In this document: positions 17,384 through 20,000 of the stretch, in pieces
Position numbering within the stretch: position 1 is the first letter of the stretch
Layout: every line of letters starts with the position of its first letter
Origin: an uncultured virus (IMG/VR IMGVR_UViG_3300027902_000007)
Lineage: Duplodnaviria > Heunggongvirae > Uroviricota > Caudoviricetes
IMG/VR virus record: IMGVR_UViG_3300027902_000007
Length of the DNA: 20,000 nucleotides
Reading direction: 5' to 3' (one strand)
The notes under the pieces: model-generated
The model's database searches: none
The model's input: the letters and a program-made list of their open reading frames with translations, nothing else
What the model was told of the DNA's origin: nothing
Program-made: the position numbers and the translations under genes

Positions 17384-18419
17384 GCTCACCTGCGATTTTC
17401 TGTTTTTTTCTGTCAATGCTCCGTTTCATAAAAATATGAAATGGATGATCTTCGCCAATCATGTCGTTATAATCTTGCGCTTTTTCAATATTACTATTTT
17501 TAATTGCTTTGTAACAAGCAAATACTAGTAACCATTTTTGCCAATATTCTGGTAAACCGTCAATAGATAAGGCATGATTTTTTCTTAAATCCTCTTCACG
17601 TTCGCCAAGTAATTTAACATATTGTAGGGAATGATATGGCATCGATGGCATTTCTAATATCTCACTAACCTTGCGGGCTCTATTTGCTAGTATCCTTTCG
17701 GCCCACTCATAATCTCTTTTGTAAATGTGCAACGAACCGTCAACATGGTAGTACCAACCCGGATTAACCTCTAATTCTGAGGCAATGACTTCTTGTATTA
17801 TAGAAAAATTAAAGGCATCAGTTGACAGCCCCAATATAATATCATTTGACCTCATGCTTGCTATTAATTCAAGTTGCTTTTCACCCGCCTTTTCCCTCAA
17901 TAAAAAATGATAAGTCAATGTACATGGAACATCTTTTGTTTTCTTATAATCATACGCTGCATAAAAAATATTACATATAGCCTGCCGACTATCTGGATCA
18001 GACTTTAATTTGTCTATAACAAGTTGAAATTGATCAACTGATCTAGTCATCGACGGAAAGCTTGCCTTGTCATCATATACAAGATGTCTAAGTCTCGGCC
18101 CGTATGCACCATGAAACATTGTGCCGTCATCAGAAAATTGTGCTATCTTAGAATTGTAATAGACCACCATCTCAACATCTTCGCGACCGTTCATGATCCA
18201 TAGACATTCTGCAAGCATAAATGCCAAATTTACTTTCCGTTCAGGATTAAAAATGAGTCTTTTCCTTGAATTTTCAAATCCGAGTGTAAACGGCGATAGT
18301 TCTTTAGTCTCAAATCCACGAGGGCAAACCGTCCGACCGTACATCATCAATGAATCAATGGCAGCTGTGTATGAGTGCTCAAATGCTGTCGTTATTGCAA
18401 AATACGGTGAATTAGGCAT
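17376..18419 (-). CDS. Thymidylate-synthase-fold enzyme, dCMP hydroxymethylase/methylase-like
   Basis: AECLWIMNGR, HGAYGPRL, DPDSRQA, KDVPCT (catalytic Cys), MRSNDIILGLSTD, GWYYHVDGSLHIY; Asp at the position equivalent to E. coli ThyA Asn177. Confidence 0.85.
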   Translation of the reverse strand: MPNSPYFAITTAFEHSYTAAIDSLMMYGRTVCPRGFETKELSPFTLGFENSRKRLIFNPERKVNLAFMLAECLWIMNGREDVEMVVYYNSKIAQFSDDGTMFHGAYGPRLRHLVYDDKASFPSMTRSVDQFQLVIDKLKSDPDSRQAICNIFYAAYDYKKTKDVPCTLTYHFLLREKAGEKQLELIASMRSNDIILGLSTDAFNFSIIQEVIASELEVNPGWYYHVDGSLHIYKRDYEWAERILANRARKVSEILEMPSMPYHSLQYVKLLGEREEDLRKNHALSIDGLPEYWQKWLLVFACYKAIKNSNIEKAQDYNDMIGEDHPFHIFMKRSIDRKKQKIAGEHE

Positions 18420-18960
18420 TACATCCTCCTTTAGTTTTTTTCAACCCGAATAATCTATACCGCCATTGCTTTCCGCCAGAATTCAAACTACCGTCTTTAC
18501 CGTGCGTCACAAAAGTTTCAAACTGATAGAAATCCTCTCCGAACATCCAACCTTGTATGCTAGTCGCCTGACTAAAATTTGCTATCCGTATGCAGTCAGT
18601 CTTCTTACAATAATCGACCATTAAAACCGAGTGAAACCCTGTCTTCTTATGCCATATCGACGCCTCTATTGGTAGTGGCAACTTGGGACCAAATTCGTGT
18701 AACCACTTGACTCTCTTTAACGTGATTAATCCCAGCTTTTTATGCACCTTTTCAATACCTATCGCCGACCCGTGTCTAGCACCAACCAAGTCTACAAGCT
18801 TCTCATACTCTTCTGAGTCCTGAGGTATTGTCTTACCTGTCAAATAATAATATGCATTAATCGCCGTTATCACTTGACATTCTGAATATTTTTGCTCGTT
18901 AATATATTTCTTCCAGCTTCTAGATTTCATTGGTTTTTTAAGTGATCGTTGTCTTATCAT
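18412..18960 (-). CDS. Putative C39/papain-like cysteine peptidase
   Basis: Q-x4-C (EQKYSEC) followed by a helix, H in GFHSVLMVDY, N in IRIANF, then GW: the order and context of a papain-fold Cys-His-Asn triad. Start uncertain. Confidence 0.55.
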   Translation of the reverse strand: MIRQRSLKKPMKSRSWKKYINEQKYSECQVITAINAYYYLTGKTIPQDSEEYEKLVDLVGARHGSAIGIEKVHKKLGLITLKRVKWLHEFGPKLPLPIEASIWHKKTGFHSVLMVDYCKKTDCIRIANFSQATSIQGWMFGEDFYQFETFVTHGKDGSLNSGGKQWRYRLFGLKKTKGGCNA

Positions 18961-19093
18961 TTTAAGGTATTCTTTACTAAATTTATCAATGGATTTCCTT
19001 TCTTCAATTTAAAGTTGTGCCGTCACTACAAGTAATTGCGAATTTTGCGCGACTTGAGATACAAATTGCAAGATTTCTGAAGATTAATTACAT

Positions 19094-19124
19094 AAAAAAG
19101 GCTGACGTTTTTGACGCCAGCCTT
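19094..19124 (-). terminator. Rho-independent terminator after the HU-like gene
   Basis: Minus strand AAGGCTGGCGT-CAAAA-ACGTCAGCCTT (one G-U pair) plus T run, 18 nt after the stop at 19143. Confidence 0.85.
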
Positions 19125-19142
19125 AAAGTCTGTCAAGCTTAT

Positions 19143-19520
19143 TTACTTTTCGTCTTTTTCGTCTTTGTCTTCGGCTTCCTCGACATATTCCTCGAGTTCG
19201 ATCGCACCGTTAACAAGCAGCTTGAAGTTCTTGAGAGGACGGAATTTCACGACGTCTTTTGCCGGGATGTTCGTCATCTTACCAAAAGACTTGCGGTTCG
19301 TTTCTTTCTTGTGAATCTTCACAAACTTGCCGAAGCCAGGAATCTTCACATAGCCTTTTTCCAGCAAACCCTTCTTAACTGCATATATTACAGCCTGGAT
19401 CGCAACCTTCGACTCCCTACGTGAGAGACTGGTTACATCCTGGACCACTGTAATGAGGTTGGGCATGCGGAACTGCTCATCCTTTGTCCTACGTTTCTTT
19501 GCCGCTTTGTCCTTAGCCAT
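19143..19520 (-). CDS. HU/IHF-family DNA-binding protein with basic N-extension and acidic C-tail
   Basis: LS..E....I..V...V...L.....VKIPGFGKF....IPAKDVVKFRP...K..VN fold signature; SD AAGGAGG; own terminator. Confidence 0.88.
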   Translation of the reverse strand: MAKDKAAKKRRTKDEQFRMPNLITVVQDVTSLSRRESKVAIQAVIYAVKKGLLEKGYVKIPGFGKFVKIHKKETNRKSFGKMTNIPAKDVVKFRPLKNFKLLVNGAIELEEYVEEAEDKDEKDEK

Positions 19521-19707
19521 ACAAAAACCTCCTTTAAAGGTTGATTGTTGTTTTGTCGCTCAACTTACATTATCATCGTTATTATTATACACTTTTTTGC
19601 TGTTAAAATTTACAATTTTGCAAATCTCGTAATGGTATTTATGATTGATGTGTGAAACGGTTGCCTGCATGCATGTCGTGTAATTCATAGTGTTAAAACT
19701 CTTTGTT

Positions 19708-20000
19708 CTACGAAAATACAGCAACAAACTCGTTGAACCTTGACAAAAGCGTTTTAAATGAATATTTTTTAAACATTGCCTTGAGATTCATGAAGTTAGG
19801 CGTCTGATAGTCAATGTTAAGGTCAATTTTTAAATCCACCGCGATTTTAACTAGTCTTTTGGACAGTACTATTTTGTTCCTTGAGGCATTGATCTTTTCC
19901 TGCAATTTTTTTGAAACTAATTTTTTTGTCCCGTCATCGTCTAGCTTAAAATGCTCATTAGCTTTTATGATGTCTTCAACAGTCCCATTTGCCAAAATTA
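19708..20000 (-). CDS. 5'-3' exonuclease (PolI N-terminal/flap-endonuclease type), C-terminal part; begins outside the window
   Basis: GTVEDII...KKLQEKI....IVLSKRLVKI..D......PNF..L..MFKKYSFKTLL matches the tail of the PolI 5'-nuclease domain; frame open to the window edge. Confidence 0.7.
   Translation of the reverse strand, partial: ILANGTVEDIIKANEHFKLDDDGTKKLVSKKLQEKINASRNKIVLSKRLVKIAVDLKIDLNIDYQTPNFMNLKAMFKKYSFKTLLSRFNEFVAVFS

Noticed and set aside
18957..18989. 10-codon TTG leader ORF (MINLVKNTLK) with SD overlapping the peptidase start
   Set aside because: Too short to distinguish from chance, and the true peptidase start is itself uncertain.
5161..19424. Numerous antisense or alternate-frame ORFs (e.g. 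5161-5586, 5924-6502, 14500-14991, 19017-19424)
   Set aside because: They lie on top of well-supported genes, are Ser/Phe/Leu-rich mirrors of Lys/Glu-rich coding strands, and lack SD sites or motifs.
19550..19707. ncRNA or full sigma70 promoter in the intergenic region upstream of HU
   Set aside because: A minus-strand TATAAT exists (19584-19589) but the best -35 (TTGTAA) is 20 nt away; no convincing tRNA or structured RNA seen.
1..20000. CRISPR array, tRNA, rRNA or transposase
   Set aside because: No regularly spaced repeats, cloverleaf or transposase motifs found; intergenic gaps are all under about 200 nt.

Overview
AT-rich, gene-dense segment, almost entirely on the minus strand, that reads as the DNA replication, recombination and nucleotide-metabolism region of a large (jumbo-type) dsDNA bacteriophage using the standard genetic code. 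Transcription order (right to left): 5'-3' exonuclease (partial), HU-like protein, C39/papain-like peptidase, thymidylate-synthase-fold enzyme with the cytosine-specifying Asp, DUF1848-like radical-SAM protein, hypothetical, uracil-DNA glycosylase, DnaE N-half, two small ORFs, DnaE C-half (with a 183-aa mini-intein), UvsY-like, small ORF, gp32-like SSB, RecA/UvsX; then two plus-strand genes; then RuvC-like resolvase, HD-domain protein, hypothetical, class II ribonucleotide reductase and dUTPase (partial). Highlights: (1) a C-family polymerase split through its active site, where both genes carry a copy of the same ~90-aa palm segment but have lost complementary catalytic motifs; (2) a candidate cytosine-modification module (dCMP-hydroxymethylase-like enzyme translationally coupled to a permuted radical-SAM protein, next to an HU with an altered DNA-reading arm); (3) two unrelated proteins with N-termini resembling the T4 capsid-targeting sequence. 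All family calls come from motif recognition by eye; no searches were run.
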